DNA of 57,023 bases, filler included, from Squatina squatina (taxonomy: Eukaryota): assembly GCA_031763465.1 (NCBI GenBank). It is 3 parts of 3 records of this genome, joined end to end, with 100 filler letters (N's around TTAATTAATTAA, not from the genome) between each part and the next. Parts side by side here need not be neighbours in the genome. Positions count along the whole stretch, not along the records: positions 1 to 17,661 come from JARFOE010000016.1; 2 more parts are not named here. One strand, given 5' to 3'. The translations under genes and the position numbers were made by a program. Within the stretch, counting starts at the first letter, position 1. The number at the start of each line of letters is the position of its first letter. The notes under the pieces were generated by a model. That model searched no databases. It was given only the letters and a program-made list of their open reading frames with translations, and was not told the origin of the DNA. This document shows, one piece after another, positions 1-12,678 of the stretch.

Positions 1-119
1 CAATCTCGCTCAGAAAGGCCACAAGGATGACTGGTGCAGGAAATAAAAGATGGCAGATGTATATCATTGGGCCAGAATACAGGTGGCTTTACTTTATACC
101 TGATCAAACTATACCTTAC

Positions 120-149
120 TTGGTGATGCTCGCTGCTGATGCTGAGTGC
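120..149 (-). CDS. Candidate 30-nt microexon of an unidentified gene
   Basis: Minus strand reads ttttttccatttcag|gcactcagcatcagcagcgagcatcaccaa|gtaagg: pyrimidine tract, AG acceptor, strong donor, length a multiple of 3, open in all three frames. Product not recognised. Confidence 0.4.
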
Positions 150-1021
150 CTGAAATGGAAAAAATGGAACGTACATCCCTCACCTGACCACAAAGAAGTA
201 CATGGTTAAAATATCACCTGGATTTAAAAAATCTGCCATCTGTGCTTCCCTTAACAATACACTGTTGCTCTGCATGTTCTATTTATTTTAAATACTGTTT
301 ATTAGCTTCCATTGAGAATCAGGGCCACTAAAAAGGATATAAAAATAATAAAATAATATGAGTGGTCCAGAATTTGATTTTCTAAACAGGCTGTTAATGG
401 AAGATATGGTATGGCTTTCTAACTGAGAATGAAATACAACATAACCTTGCTTTCATCTGACTTAAACCTGCAGTATGTTGAACCCTGAGCATTGTGGGAA
501 GCAAAAACGTTTGAGACAATCCCTCGGAGAGCATTTTAACAAACTGTAGTGATGTCTTAAAAGGACATGTGCTAATTATTTAAATTTAGCAATGAAAACA
601 ATCAGGGCATAACATGATGTGGCACTCTAGGAGTTCAAAATAGTGTTTTATCAATTATATTTCCTCTTATTAAATGTTATTTGTGAAATGAATCTCAATA
701 TCTTTATTAGTGAATGTACAAATGCAAACTGATGCACATTATGTTTCAGATGCACATATTAAATGAGATTTTGTTATTGGAAAAATTATATATTTTTCTC
801 TCAGTTGTAAGGGTGAAACATGGCTGCCCTGGCATTACAACTCTAACCACTTTATTTTTACTGCTTTGAACTTCACAAAAACGGTTCTGTCGCCAAATTG
901 ATCCATTCGGATATAGGTACTNNNNNNNNNNNNNNNNNNNNNNNNNNNNNNNNNNNNNNNNNNNNNNNNNNNNNNNNNNNNNNNNNNNNNNNNNNNNNNN
1001 NNNNNNNNNNNNNNNNNNNNN

Positions 1022-1310
1022 GTGACCGGTTTTCCTGTCGCTGCAATCGCCCCACGCAGCCGCCTCCTCCCGCGGGTGAATTTTGCCCCCGGGGCGCAGA
1101 TGCGCCGCTGAGGGCGTTGCAGCTGCGTCTTGATGACGCCATGTGCCGATCCACCGCGAAATTCAGCTGGGCAGGTGCAAGGGCCTTTGCGCCCCAGCTG
1201 AATTTCGGGGGAGGCGTGATGGCCGCCTCCCGACGCTTTTTATTAATCATCCCATTATCGCCCCTCGGAGGCGCTAATGGTACATTAAAGGAGGCCAATT
1301 TCTGCCTCCT
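1022..1310. mobile_element. GC/CpG-rich non-autonomous DNA transposon (MITE-like) fragment
   Basis: Abrupt CpG-rich island in AT-rich DNA with gaattttgcccc / ggccaatttctgcc motifs resembling the ends of elements at 2643-2686, 7150 and 39113; truncated by a gap. Confidence 0.5.
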
Positions 1311-3593
1311 GGACTATTTTCTCTGACCGTTCTTCTTTGCTTTTTGCCCATATTCATTTATATTCTTCCTTTTCAAATACTAATCCAATTTCTTTTCAAT
1401 TATTTATAAACTCTCCCTCAATAGCCTCAGGTGGTGAAGAGTTCCATGATCTGTGCACCATATGGCTATGACTAGGTGTCATGCTCAATTTTCAGTTCTT
1501 GCAAATTTTGCTCCCGTTCTTAGCATAGTTAGAAAAAAGAAAGTTAGCACGATAGATTTTGCCTGTCTGCCCTGTCCATGGAGTAGGCTCCCTGCTGGCA
1601 GCACATACTCTAAAGTCAGCCCTACTGGTACTGGTCTATGTGATATTCCATTTCTTTCAATCACAATGCACTATGCTGCATGTGTGTTTTACTGTTTATC
1701 TTGGGCATTGTGATACATTATTGGGGACTGCACGGTTCACAATTATTATCTGTTCACCAGCCAAATCTATTCTTTTATTCATGTTTATATTATCTTCATT
1801 TTCAATAAATAATTGCATGAAGCTGAATGGGTAAAATTGCAAAAGCCCTACAGGCGACAGAACGTGTGAGATGTTTTATTAAGCAGTCACTTAACCTAAT
1901 GTAACCGTGTATTATGTTATAATTTCCTGCGTTTGTTGAGAAGAGGCTTTTTGTTCCAAAATCCTTGAGCCCCTGTTGAACTGATTCATATTCTGAATTT
2001 AGATATATTTTGAAATCTCAGAGTATGGTTACACTCTGTTTCTTCCATTGTTATGCATATTGTGCTCAGACAGGGTCCAGAAAATTTTAATGCCTTTATT
2101 TTCATAATAAATCCCTTCCACAATTTGTACTTGGCTGACAGTACAGCTGTAATTATAAGATAATTTTCAACTTAATTCCTGCTTCCCCAATACACATTTG
2201 TCTGTACCATAGCAATCTAATTTTCTCACATATTGGTGGCTACTTAGTGGAAAATGATGCATGTAGATTGTGATAAAAGTTAACAATTGACTGGTTTTCA
2301 AAATTACTGGTTTAATTTGGTGTACATGCCAAATATTTATTTCCTCTCTGATATCCACTAGTATAGCTTGTGGACTGTTCAACAAGATTCAAAGAAAAGA
2401 GACGAAATGGGATTGCCTTCAAAGAAAGGTTTTATTTTCTCATTTTGGAGCAATAGCATATTGAAGGTAACCTACTTTAGAAGAAAAGCAGAATGAGTCC
2501 CTTCCATATATATTGACTCACTAGTAGCATGCTTGCCTTTGANNNNNNNNNNNNNNNNNNNNNNNNNNNNNNNNNNNNNNNNNNNNNNNNNNNNNNNNNN
2601 NNNNNNNNNNNNNNNNNNNNNNNNNNNNNNNNNNNNNNNNNNCAAAAGTTATCGCCCCAAACGGGGAGCTACAGAATTTCTAGCCCTTAAAGTCTATTTT
2701 TTTGCAATCTTTGTTAAAAGTGTGTGCAAGTTAGTTGTTGAGTAACCATTGCAACCTGTTCTGCTGTCGCAAATGCTAAGCACATTTCTTGTGCGACTCA
2801 CCAGCACAGCTGACAATATCTCAGCCAGTTGCAATCGCATGTCAAAGAATTCTCTAAAATCTCTCATAGTGCTGATAGTGCCTTTTGAAATTCAAATCTC
2901 TTATCTACGATAGGTGATCTTTTCAAAGCAAGGCAGTGTATTTTATTAGACAATGATGAATCTGAGCCAAATAACCATTTGTGCAGTAAAGTGAATCATT
3001 AATATGAAGTTGCAAAAAGAGTGTCACACTTTTTTCACAGAAAACTGCTCTCTATTATTGTATTACCATTGGTGCATTGCACAGCCTTCTATCACAGTGT
3101 CCTTCAATCAGACTCTCTACTTATTGAAGCAGATGGCAAGTTGTCTTAAGTTAATTGAAAACGTGCTGCTCATGGAAAGAATAACTAACAGAAAATTAAA
3201 ATCTAACTTATCATAAAAATATAAGCTAAGATTTGGTCTTGTCATATTGTAAGTAAATGTGTATTTATATCCTTAATTTAGTGAATGCGTTGTTTTGATG
3301 ACAAGCAATATGCAACAATATCACAGACATCACACAGTCCCGATCTTGATTTACCAAAAAGGATGAAGTAGTGAAGGCCTGAAGTGATAATTTCAGTATA
3401 ATTGAAGATAAAAACAGTTGGGAACAATTTACAGGATCGTAGACACTTAAGACAATTTGGTAGCTTCTTTCAGCTTTTGTTGAACTCATCTAAGGTGCTA
3501 TCCCTCACCCACCCAGCCATATAAAGTAGCTTCATCACAATTCTAGCCTTTGCAGCACCACTTTGTAGAAATTTACTGTTTCTTCTTTCCAAG

Positions 3594-3743
3594 CCAAATT
3601 GGCATAAAACACGAGAGCCTGAAGCAGCACAGGAGGTGGATTGTTCCAAATCAAGACCATGACATCCTCAATGTCCCATTTAGTGCTGTTGATCAACTTA
3701 GAGATCTTTCTGGGGGACTGCATTTTGTGCTGAATCAGTCTTG
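3594..3743 (+). CDS. Candidate 150-nt internal exon, product unidentified
   Basis: gtttcttctttccaag| acceptor and tg|gtaaat donor; symmetric phase 2; only one open frame (QIGIKHESLKQHRRWIVPNQDHDILNVPFSAVDQLRDLSGGLHFVLNQSW). Confidence 0.45.
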
Positions 3744-3959
3744 GTAAATGGAGTCTTAGCCAAGCATGCCCCAAGAGACTAAAGAAGTTGGTTAACTCCT
3801 CATGTGCAAGGACAAATCAGACTAAAAGCAAAGAGCTTTTGAAAGAAAGGCACTGTATTGAGTTCAGCTAAAAATGACAAAAGCTGCTATCAGAGTGGCC
3901 GGAAAATCAATGGAGAAGAAGGTAGTGGAATACTGTAATAATAATATTAAAATCATTTT

Positions 3960-4095
3960 AGCAATGTTGGGAGTTAGAGGGCAATTAAATACTACATAGT
4001 GCCGTTAAAGGACTCCTTAGGGGAGATTGCTATGAACTTCCAGGAAATGGCAGAGGTTTTAAATAGCTACTTCACAACAATCTTCACTCCAGTAG
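3960..4095 (+). mobile_element. CR1 LINE ORF2 fragment
   Basis: PLKDSLGEIAMNFQEMAEVLNSYFTTIFT matches the CR1 'EMAE.LN.YF.SVFT' motif seen in other copies in this window. Confidence 0.7.
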
Positions 4096-4096
4096 A

Positions 4097-4208
4097 ATAT
4101 ACAGAAGCGAAATACTGCGGATGCTGGAATCTAGAATACAAACAAAAAATGCTGGAAAAACTCAGCAGACAGGCAGCATCTGTGGAGAGAAAAACAGAGT
4201 TAACGTCA
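4097..4208 (-). mobile_element. Penelope-like element terminal (pseudo-LTR) fragment
   Basis: Closely matches 53436-53540 (acagaagcgaaatactgcggatgctggaatctagaata...gcagcatctgtggagagaaa); cut by a gap. Confidence 0.75.
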
Positions 4209-4954
4209 NNNNNNNNNNNNNNNNNNNNNNNNNNNNNNNNNNNNNNNNNNNNNNNNNNNNNNNNNNNNNNNNNNNNNNNNNNNNNNNNNNNNNNNNNNNN
4301 NNNNNNNNCAAAACAAATGTCACAAAGAACATGTTGCTTAGTAGTTATAAATCAAAAGGAAATCAAAGATATAAAATGGTTGGCAGAGTTTGCACAGTTA
4401 ATGGAAAAGTCATCTATGTTATAATTATGATGTATATATTAAACTCAAAGTAAGGAAAGAGTATCTGTTTTCTTTCAAACGGTCTGAATTTTGTCAAATC
4501 TTTGGAATATTTAGCCAAGTTTATTTTAACTTGATATGGTTATCAGTTGAACAGATCGTCTTCTGCGGTATTACAAAAACAAGGTTGCTGTGATATTAAA
4601 TCAATCAAAAAGAGATTAGCTTAAGGCCACAGGCCATTCCAAACGCCAATATATTGCACTGAATGTTACTTATGCAGCTATGATGCATTTCTCTGTTAAT
4701 GCCCTTTGACCAGTGAGGAGAAATGTCTTGTTAAAAGTCTTTTGTGATGCAAGGTCAGTGTATATCAGATTTCAGACAGTCAAAAGCGCCCCAGGTGACA
4801 AAGGGAGAATGTTGCTCACCTGCTTGATCACTCAATGTCTGTTTTATCAGCAGTATACCTAAAGGCACAACTGTGCACAGAATAGGATGAGGCAAATGAG
4901 CACTAGTGTATAAGAAAGAACCAAAGTATGGATCAGCTGTACAAGTTTCACAAA

Positions 4955-5060
4955 CTTTCCTACATTGCAACAGTGGCTACATTTCAAAAAAGTACTTCAT
5001 TGGCTGCAAAGTCCGGTGGTCATGAAAGGCGCTATTTAAATGCAAGTCTTTTTTTTTCTT
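4955..5060 (+). mobile_element. Deu-SINE (SacSINE1/AmnSINE1-like) 3' tail
   Basis: cctacattgcaacagtggctacatttcaaaaaagtacttcattggctg...ggcgctatttaaatgcaagtcttt; the same tail occurs at 11760-11845, 32483-32620 and 33457-33682. Confidence 0.7.
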
Positions 5061-6019
5061 TCTGTTAGCCTTCCTGAAGTAAAAACAGAAAGTGCTAAAG
5101 ATAACCAACAGGTCCATCAGCACCTGTAAAGAGAAAATATAGATTAATATTTCAGGTCTACACACCTTTTACCTTCAACTTATTTGCTTACTTTCTTTTT
5201 CTCTGGACGTAGGATGTAGAAAACACAAAAAAGCTGAAGTACTGTAGCCCCCAAAGTCTTGGAGCTGGAGAGGACATAAGTCACAATTACACCCGGGGTA
5301 CTCTAAGATTAAATTCTGATTTGGTCTGTGGGTNNNNNNNNNNCCACCTCCACTCCCACCTCAGTAGGCATATCAAGGGGGAGTGCTGATGAAGTGCTTG
5401 AAAATCTTCAGCAGAATTTGCCAGTTGCAACCTGGAGTAAGTACCCTTGAGGCTTTCTAAAGGTCCCAAGCCTTCACTAGAGCAAGGATACTCGATCCCG
5501 ATGGGATTGCCATTTCTAGTTGCAGTAGCTTCAATAGGAGGCAAAGACTAAATTTTATTTGGCCTATTTGGGCCTCTGGAGAACTCCACTCCACTACTGT
5601 AAATGTCAACTGAAGGTTGACAGGAAGTTAATGTGATGCTTACAGGAACTGTGCATTATTGGCAAGATTATGGACTGTTTTTTGCAGTCAGTAGGACGGT
5701 GTGCTCTCGGAGTATGCCGCCATACCATCTTTGACATATATAATCTTGCCCATAGTGCACACTTCCCCAGTTGCAACCAGGTATGGATCAATCCTGGGTT
5801 CATTATCCCCAGATTATGGAATCAGACCTTATGTCACATGTACAAAGGGAAAAAAAAAGCTGCTATCTTTCTTGCTAGGGGTAAGAGGGAAGGAAGGGGG
5901 ACAAAAATACAAGACCTACCCCAGTGAAAGAAACAGAGAAGAATTGTGTCCGTAGTTATACACTTTGGCCTGTCAATCACAAGGAACTTTGCCATCAGTT
6001 CCCTTTTATGATATAAGAT

Positions 6020-6235
6020 AGGAACATAAAAACATAGGAACAGGAGTAGGCCATTCAGCCCCTCCATCCTGTTTCACCATTCAATGAGATCATGGCTGGT
6101 CTGTACCCTAACTCCATCCACCAGTCTTGGCTCCATATCCCTTAATCCCCTTGGCAATCAAAAATCTATCAATCCCAGATTTAAAATCGCTAATTGAGCT
6201 ATTTGTGGGTGAGAGTTTCACACTTCTACCACCCT
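6020..6235 (-). mobile_element. CR1 LINE 3' end
   Basis: acataggaacaggagtaggccattcagccc... 3' UTR and ORF2 C-terminus FKSGIDRFLIAKGIKGYG. Confidence 0.8.
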
Positions 6236-7149
6236 NNNNNNNNNNNNNNNNNNNNNNNNNNNNNNNNNNNNNNNNNNNNNNNNNNNNNNNNNNNNNNNNN
6301 NNNNNNNNNNNNNNNNNNNNNNNNNNNNNNNNNNNATAATATAGTTGCTTCATCACTAATGAGACAGCCGATTTAAATTTGAACTTCTATCCCTATCTCA
6401 GATCTGAAGCAGAGGTCTAAATTAATCAAACTGTTCATTCCCAGTTGCAGTAGAAATTGCTTACACTGATGTACAATCATAACTGCCATCTGACCATTAA
6501 AGGCAAGTGGCCACCAACTCTAAAGGAACATTATCACATCTATATGAGTATTATTTTCAGTCAGTTTTTTTTCTTCCCATCAATGTCATCGTTACCTATC
6601 AGCTTTCTACATGCTACAGCCTATTTAAAGGTGCATGGGAAGGAAAATCCTTCAATTTATTCATGGTATCGCATCATAACTGAACATCGCTGACTAATTG
6701 ATGTGAGAGCCTCTTTAAAATTCAAAGATATCTCCATCAATCATCCCCTGAAACATATCCCGTGTAGATAGCTTTTTGTTGCTTGGGGATTTCAGAGAAG
6801 TTATCATGATAAGACAAACCTCTAATTGAAACCAAATCTTTAAATCTAATTAAGAAAACGTATGCCTCAGTGCTCTTACAGAGCTGTCATTCTGCAATAT
6901 CTGATTAAGTCTTCTCTCCAGTGTTATTTAAAATAGATTAAAAGAGCCACCAAAATAAATGAAGGTTTTAGTTTTATTGTTTTATATGAGACTCCAAAAG
7001 TTCATGTTGAGTAGCGTTGTGTTTACGAGGCATCACGGATCTTTCTTAAATAGCGTTTAAATAAACTTCCCAAAGTACATGCAACGGGGAAAAAATGAAA
7101 GGGGGCAAGAGACCAAATTTAGAACAGATGGAAGAATTGCATCAACTTA

Positions 7150-7583
7150 GGGAGAGAAATTTCCCAGCGCTCCAATTGGGGGTGGTTACCTGTGCAGAAA
7201 CCCACCAATGGTAGTTAAATTGCTCTTACCGCCCCTCACAGGAGTTGGAGTGCAATCTCGCGTGCTGCACTTCCTCTTGGGGCGGGTCCAGCGTCACTAA
7301 CGGGGCGCGATCGGCAGTGCATGCAGGTGCTCCATGTAGAGCTGACGTATTTCGATGCCCCTCCCCTTCGCTTAAAGCGGAGGGCCGCTGCGCACTCTGC
7401 ACGGCCTCTGATGGCCTCCACTGGANNNNNNNNNNNNNNNNNNNNNNNNNNNNNNNNNNNNNNNNNNNNNNNNNNNNNNNNNNNNNNNNNNNNNNNNNNN
7501 NNNNNNNNNNNNNNNNNNNNNNNNNATCGAATTTCCCAACTCTATGACGCGATTTGAAATGTGGTGACACCCAATTTTGTCCC
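7150..7583. mobile_element. PIF/Harbinger-type MITE (spans a gap)
   Basis: 7150-7425 is the diverged reverse complement of 39505-39788; left end tta|gggagagaaattt, right end aattttgtccc|tta (imperfect TIR, TTA flanks). Confidence 0.6.
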
Positions 7584-7594
7584 TTAGTATCAAT

Positions 7595-7780
7595 ATCTGA
7601 AAAGGTGGTAGAAGCAGATTAAATAGTAACTTTCAAAAGGGAATTGGATATATACTTCAAAAGGAAAAATTTGCAGGGCTATGGGCAAAAGGCAGGGGAG
7701 TGGGACAAATTGGATCGCTCTTTCAAAGAGCCAGCACAAGCATGATGTACTGAATGGCTGCCTTCTGTAGGATTCAATGA
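7595..7780 (+). mobile_element. CR1 LINE 3' end
   Basis: ctttcaaaagggaattggat...cagggctatggg...gggacaaattggatcgctctttcaaagagccagcac...gaatggctgccttctg, typical CR1 tail. Confidence 0.75.
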
Positions 7781-9269
7781 TTTTATGAGAAGACTATCAC
7801 TGGGACAGTTTTGCTCCAGTTCATTAGTTCTTCTAAGACCATTGAGCAAGAGGCTGGACATATTCAGATCCATTTTCTGTTACAAATAAAGCTTTAGGTA
7901 CTTTAGTTGCAAGCCTGCAGACTTTCACAGCAAGGATAAGGAAGCTGAAATATTAGTGCGGATTTAAATTTAAACTTGCAACATTGTAGTTAGGTGCCCT
8001 AACTTCTCTCCTGAGAGAGTCACTGGGCTCTATCCTGTAAACCATGTTCAGCATGAATTATTGTACTAGCACAAACTTTTACTGGCCAGTTGGTTATGTC
8101 TGAACAGTTTTCGACTTTTGAATTGTCTTTTAGTAAGAATTTGCATGCCTTCAGTCTTTGGACTATTGGAATAATCGCTGTCTAATGTACATTTTAGGGC
8201 ATCATTCATTATGCAAATATATTTGAAATTCCAGATGAGTGAACCTTTCAGCTAAGAACTTGCTTCTTGGATTGCTAATGTATTTTCATCTGTTTGTCTG
8301 TTCAGTGCATGACATCCCAGTAAACAAATTAGTTCTAAGAAAGTTTGCCTACAGGGAGTTATCCACTGTGTAAGAAAAATTTATGAAACACTGCCTTTTA
8401 AAAAAAATTGTCTAGCTGATTCAAGGGAAGGACATGAGTAAAATGGATTCATAGATAACAATAAGCTATTTGGCAGTAATTTGTTTTGCCATTATGCAAA
8501 ACAGTACTAGTTCTTTTCAGCATACAAACTAATGTGTAGGGATAATGTGAAACACCAGATGGAAGAGGCAGAGATTCAAAATATCGCAAAACTACCACTT
8601 CTAAATATGCTGAAACACTGTTAAGAATGTGAAAAATTCAATTGTACTTAGGATGTTCTACAAAAATCCTATAATTATCTTGTCTGGATAGCCATAACCC
8701 AGGGCTATACTTCATCAGCACATTCTGTAGATAATGGGTGTAGATAATGTCACTTAGTCACTTAATGATGAGGTAGAATCTATCCAATAGTTTGTCTAAT
8801 GTAGGTCATTCCACATTTCTTGTATTGGGTGCAAAGGTGCCTACTTCTCCAGATGTATGAGTTTGACAATCAACCTCGGGTCATAACTTAATAGCTAACT
8901 TAATCAGTATCTAATTTAAGCTAGTCTAAGGCATCATCAAGAACAACAGCCTGTCATTAATTTAGGCTCTGGACGCAATCAATGGATTGAGTCGCACATT
9001 CAGGAGGCCCAACATCTGTTTTTGGCGTGTGCTCTGGATACTTGCAAGTCATTGACTGCCAGTTTGGCAGTAGGCACACTTCAGGAGGGGATTGGAAATG
9101 AGAGATTGTGCTTGGAAATTGACCCCTGCCACTCGAATATTTTGCCCAAGAGACAGGAATTCCTCTGCCTACATATATCTGAGCCACTCACAAATCTTCA
9201 AAATGCCGTCATGTTGCTGAACCATGAAGTGGTTCCACTGTTGAGTGACTAGTTCAGGTTAGGTGCAGG

Positions 9270-9410
9270 TTGGACTCTAAGGGGAATCAAGGGATACAGT
9301 ATCAGGCAGGACAGTGGAGTTGAGGTCAAAGACCTTAATGAGTGGCGTGCAGGCGTGAGGGTGCCATATGGCCTACTCCAGCTCCTAATTCTTATGTTCT
9401 TATGTTCTTA
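9270..9410 (+). mobile_element. CR1 LINE 3' tail
   Basis: aaggggaatcaagggatac...tggcctactccagctcctaattcttatgttcttatgttct with the 8-bp terminal repeat. Confidence 0.75.
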
Positions 9411-12144
9411 ACTGTTGCTTTTACTCCACCAGTTTCCCTTCCCGTTCTTCTCTTTACTACATGTCATCTATTTTCATTGCAGTTCATGCACATAAGTCAT
9501 CCGTTTGCTCACAACTCAGCACACAGCTCATCGATTTTCACTGCAGTCATCTATTTTTGTCAGCAGATTGGATATTTCATCTCTGGTGCAGTAGACAAGC
9601 AGCCAAATAGCCCACTCAAAAATTATAGCAATGTGTGTTTGATTCCAGAGATCTGTAAAGAAACATCAACATTTACACTATAATGACTTAAAACAAGGTA
9701 AATCAATTGTATAACTGGCAGCTAAATTGGGGGAAGAAGGGAGGAGAAACATAACTACATACCTCTAATTAATAGTCCCAAATATGGTACACTCACCTGC
9801 CTTTAGTGTCTATTTGTTCAAGGTGCACCTATTTCTCTTGATAAATGTTCTAAGTGTGAAATTGTTATACATGCCTCCTGTATACACTTTTAATGGTAAG
9901 AAATTCACCAATGGAGTTACAAGAAATGTAGCTTGCGGTTAAATTACTGGTCTCAGATCCAAGAGCTGTAGAATAAGGAGCACGGCAGGTAACAACCAAG
10001 TTATTCTCCAGGCTGAGAATTGCATTCTACCCATCAAATGAGATTTCCTTAGCCGGTAAATGTTTCAGCATTAAGAGAGCACAGGTGAGGGTATCTACCT
10101 TTCCAAGACGTTAAAAAGCTCTGCAGGAAATTTAGGAAGTGTCCACGATATNNNNNNNNNNNNNNNNNNNNNNNNNNNNNNNNNNNNNNNNNNNNNNNNN
10201 NNNNNNNNNNNNNNNNNNNNNNNNNNNNNNNNNNNNNNNNNNNNNNNNNNNTCACTCATTCCCAAAGTTTCAGTCATAAAATTCGGTACCCAGCTTTGAG
10301 AGCAAGTGTTACCTTCCGGCTGTTATAAAAGCGACCATAAATCCCCTCCTTTTTGCTACTCACACTTCCAACCAGCCAGCTTCCTCCAACTGATATGGCC
10401 TTTCCTGCTATCCTTGCCCAATCAAATCATTTTTTTTAAAACTTACCTTTTTTAACTACTAGTCTGCAAACACATTTTAAGTATTTTAAGTGCGTATTGA
10501 ACTGTGGGGACAACACAGGCACAACATCTACCTATTTCTATGAATCTTAATAAGGTCACTCAACATTCTAATAAGGACATTCTTGAGAGGAATTTGACCC
10601 TGATAGTAGCCCTCTTTTACTCATTATTTTTGTTGTAGAACTTGAACATTTTGCCTAATTGTCAATTAAATGCTGCACTAGATGAATCTTGTGAACTGTC
10701 AATCTCCACATGCTTTAACAGATCCACTTATCATGCAGATAAATGTTCATTTGACACTTGAGTGACCAGCATAAGAATTTTTGGCCTTGTTTTGATGATA
10801 TTTCTTTTAACCCTAATGCTGCTGCTTTAACTTTCCAATCTCCAAATATCATGGAATCCATCACGACTATTGAGAGAATCTGCAACATAATTAATGAATT
10901 TCTCCTACAGAATGATTCACAACTGCTGTCTAAATTTTGTCTGTTGTTATTTTGTACTTTTAATGTTAATTTAGTTCTATTTAAATTCCAATCATTTAGA
11001 GTATATTTAACAATATACAGTAGCTGTGGGGGTCAGTATTGGGGTGGGGGAAAGAAACAGTAATACCGATGAGATGAAGGGACAGACAGTTAATGTGGTT
11101 TGTAGACAGTATGTGCAATGTGTGACTGATTAATTGTCAACTAGAGACTATTAAGAAATCATTTGTGTATCAGCTTATAAAAAGTANNNNNNNNNNNNNN
11201 NNNNNNNNNNNNNNNNNNNNNNNNNNNNNNNNNNNNNNNNNNNNNNNNNNNNNNNNNNNNNNNNNNNNNNNNNNNNNNNNNNNNNNAAAAATATATTACC
11301 CTAGCTATACAGGATAATGTGCTTTTGGAAATAACTTGGGAATCTGCCTTCAGTCATGGATTACAGGGTGAGGACTAGTTTGAGCTGTAACACAAATTAC
11401 TAAAAAATACAGTAGGGCCTTAGTGGGTTGACAAGCAATTTGCTATTTGAAGCAATTACTAATAATTGCAGACTGTCCCTGAGCTAGACTTTTCAGTAGC
11501 GGTATACAAAAGTGTTTGAGTGCTGTCACCATTAAAGAAACCTCCACATGAAATTGGCCATGTTTAAACTAATAATCAGCTACAAGGTAGCAAGTTACTG
11601 AACATCAGTCAGTCAGTCTGCTCTGAAGGCTTTTCAACTTTGAAAACCTGCATTGATGCCCTATGAAAAATAAAAATCCTTTTCTCCCAGGCTGTCAGAC
11701 ATTGTGGTAACAAAGATTAGTTATACAACTACCTATTAAATATTGTATGGTGTTTAGAAATGACTACACGTCAAAATTACTTTATTGGCTGTGGGATGTC
11801 TTGAGTTGTGAAAATCACCATATAAATCAGAGTTCATTCTTTCTAATGACTTAGCAACTTAAAATTCAGTTAGACATGCCAGACATTTATAAATTTTATT
11901 CTCATTAAATATTTGGACAGAATTTTTGAATAGGCCTCTGCATTCATGCAACTCATCACTAAATACTTTACATGCTATATCTATTATCAATAAAACTGGA
12001 ATAAAATTGCCTGTTCCACAATGAATTTCCCAAGATTACATTTCCTGTTGCAATTTATTTTTATTTAAACTCTAATAATTAATAATGAACTGTTTAAAGT
12101 TTATTCATTCTTTGAGAACAGTTAATTGCTATGCGAAGCTCTAG

Positions 12145-12678
12145 TTAAAGTTTACTGATTTTCTGAAATTGAGCTACAAGACCCAGAATCTGCTCAGATG
12201 CTTCAATGTGTCTTGTCCTCAAGTACTGGACGCTGTTATGATTGGTATCCTCCAGGAAATATCGATAGTTTACCATCATTCCAAAGGAGGATGAAATACC
12301 ACGAGGACTTGTATCAGCCAGCCAGTTTAATCGCCACATCACAGCACCATTCTGGAGGTGAAAGTTAGCTACTGGATTAATTGCACCCCCACAATGTTTT
12401 TCTCCGTACAAGTACCAGGCACAAAGTCGCATAAGGGGCAGCTCAAGAACTTGAACAAATTTGTCAGATCTCACCCACTCATTGGTGGTAAGTAGACGCT
12501 TAAGTGTTTCTAATACAGATCCTTCAATGATGCGCTGGATTTCTTTGTATTCGGGTTGTGTAAAGATTCGGTTCCATGTCCCCTCCTTGATTTGGTCACT
12601 GATGATCCCAACCAGCCACGTTGCGAATCCGGGAATAGGAGACAGACTGGAAAACTGGTTCATGTGAGGAAACTCAGC
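12145..12678 (-). CDS. MLYCD: Malonyl-CoA decarboxylase, terminal exon (human exon 5 equivalent)
   Basis: tgtgcag| acceptor; [18 protein letters not shown]...[14 protein letters not shown]...[22 protein letters not shown]...MVNYRYFLE...[10 protein letters not shown]; catalytic Ser (LSPIPGF) and His (ANFHL) motifs and C-terminal PTS1 SKL; AATAAA signals downstream on the minus strand (~12100, ~12055). Confidence 0.97.
   Translation of the reverse strand, partial: AEFPHMNQFSSLSPIPGFATWLVGIISDQIKEGTWNRIFTQPEYKEIQRIIEGSVLETLKRLLTTNEWVRSDKFVQVLELPLMRLCAWYLYGEKHCGGAINPVANFHLQNGAVMWRLNWLADTSPRGISSSFGMMVNYRYFLEDTNHNSVQYLRTRHIEASEQILGLVAQFQKISKL

Noticed and set aside
1022-1310. CpG-island promoters at GC-rich patches (also 39167-39788, 40480-40680, 42835-43070, 56900-57023)
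   Set aside because: They coincide with repeat-family sequence and have no associated first exon.
9790-9850. Strong minus-strand donor cag|gtgagt
   Set aside because: No good acceptor; all three frames from the best upstream AG contain stops.
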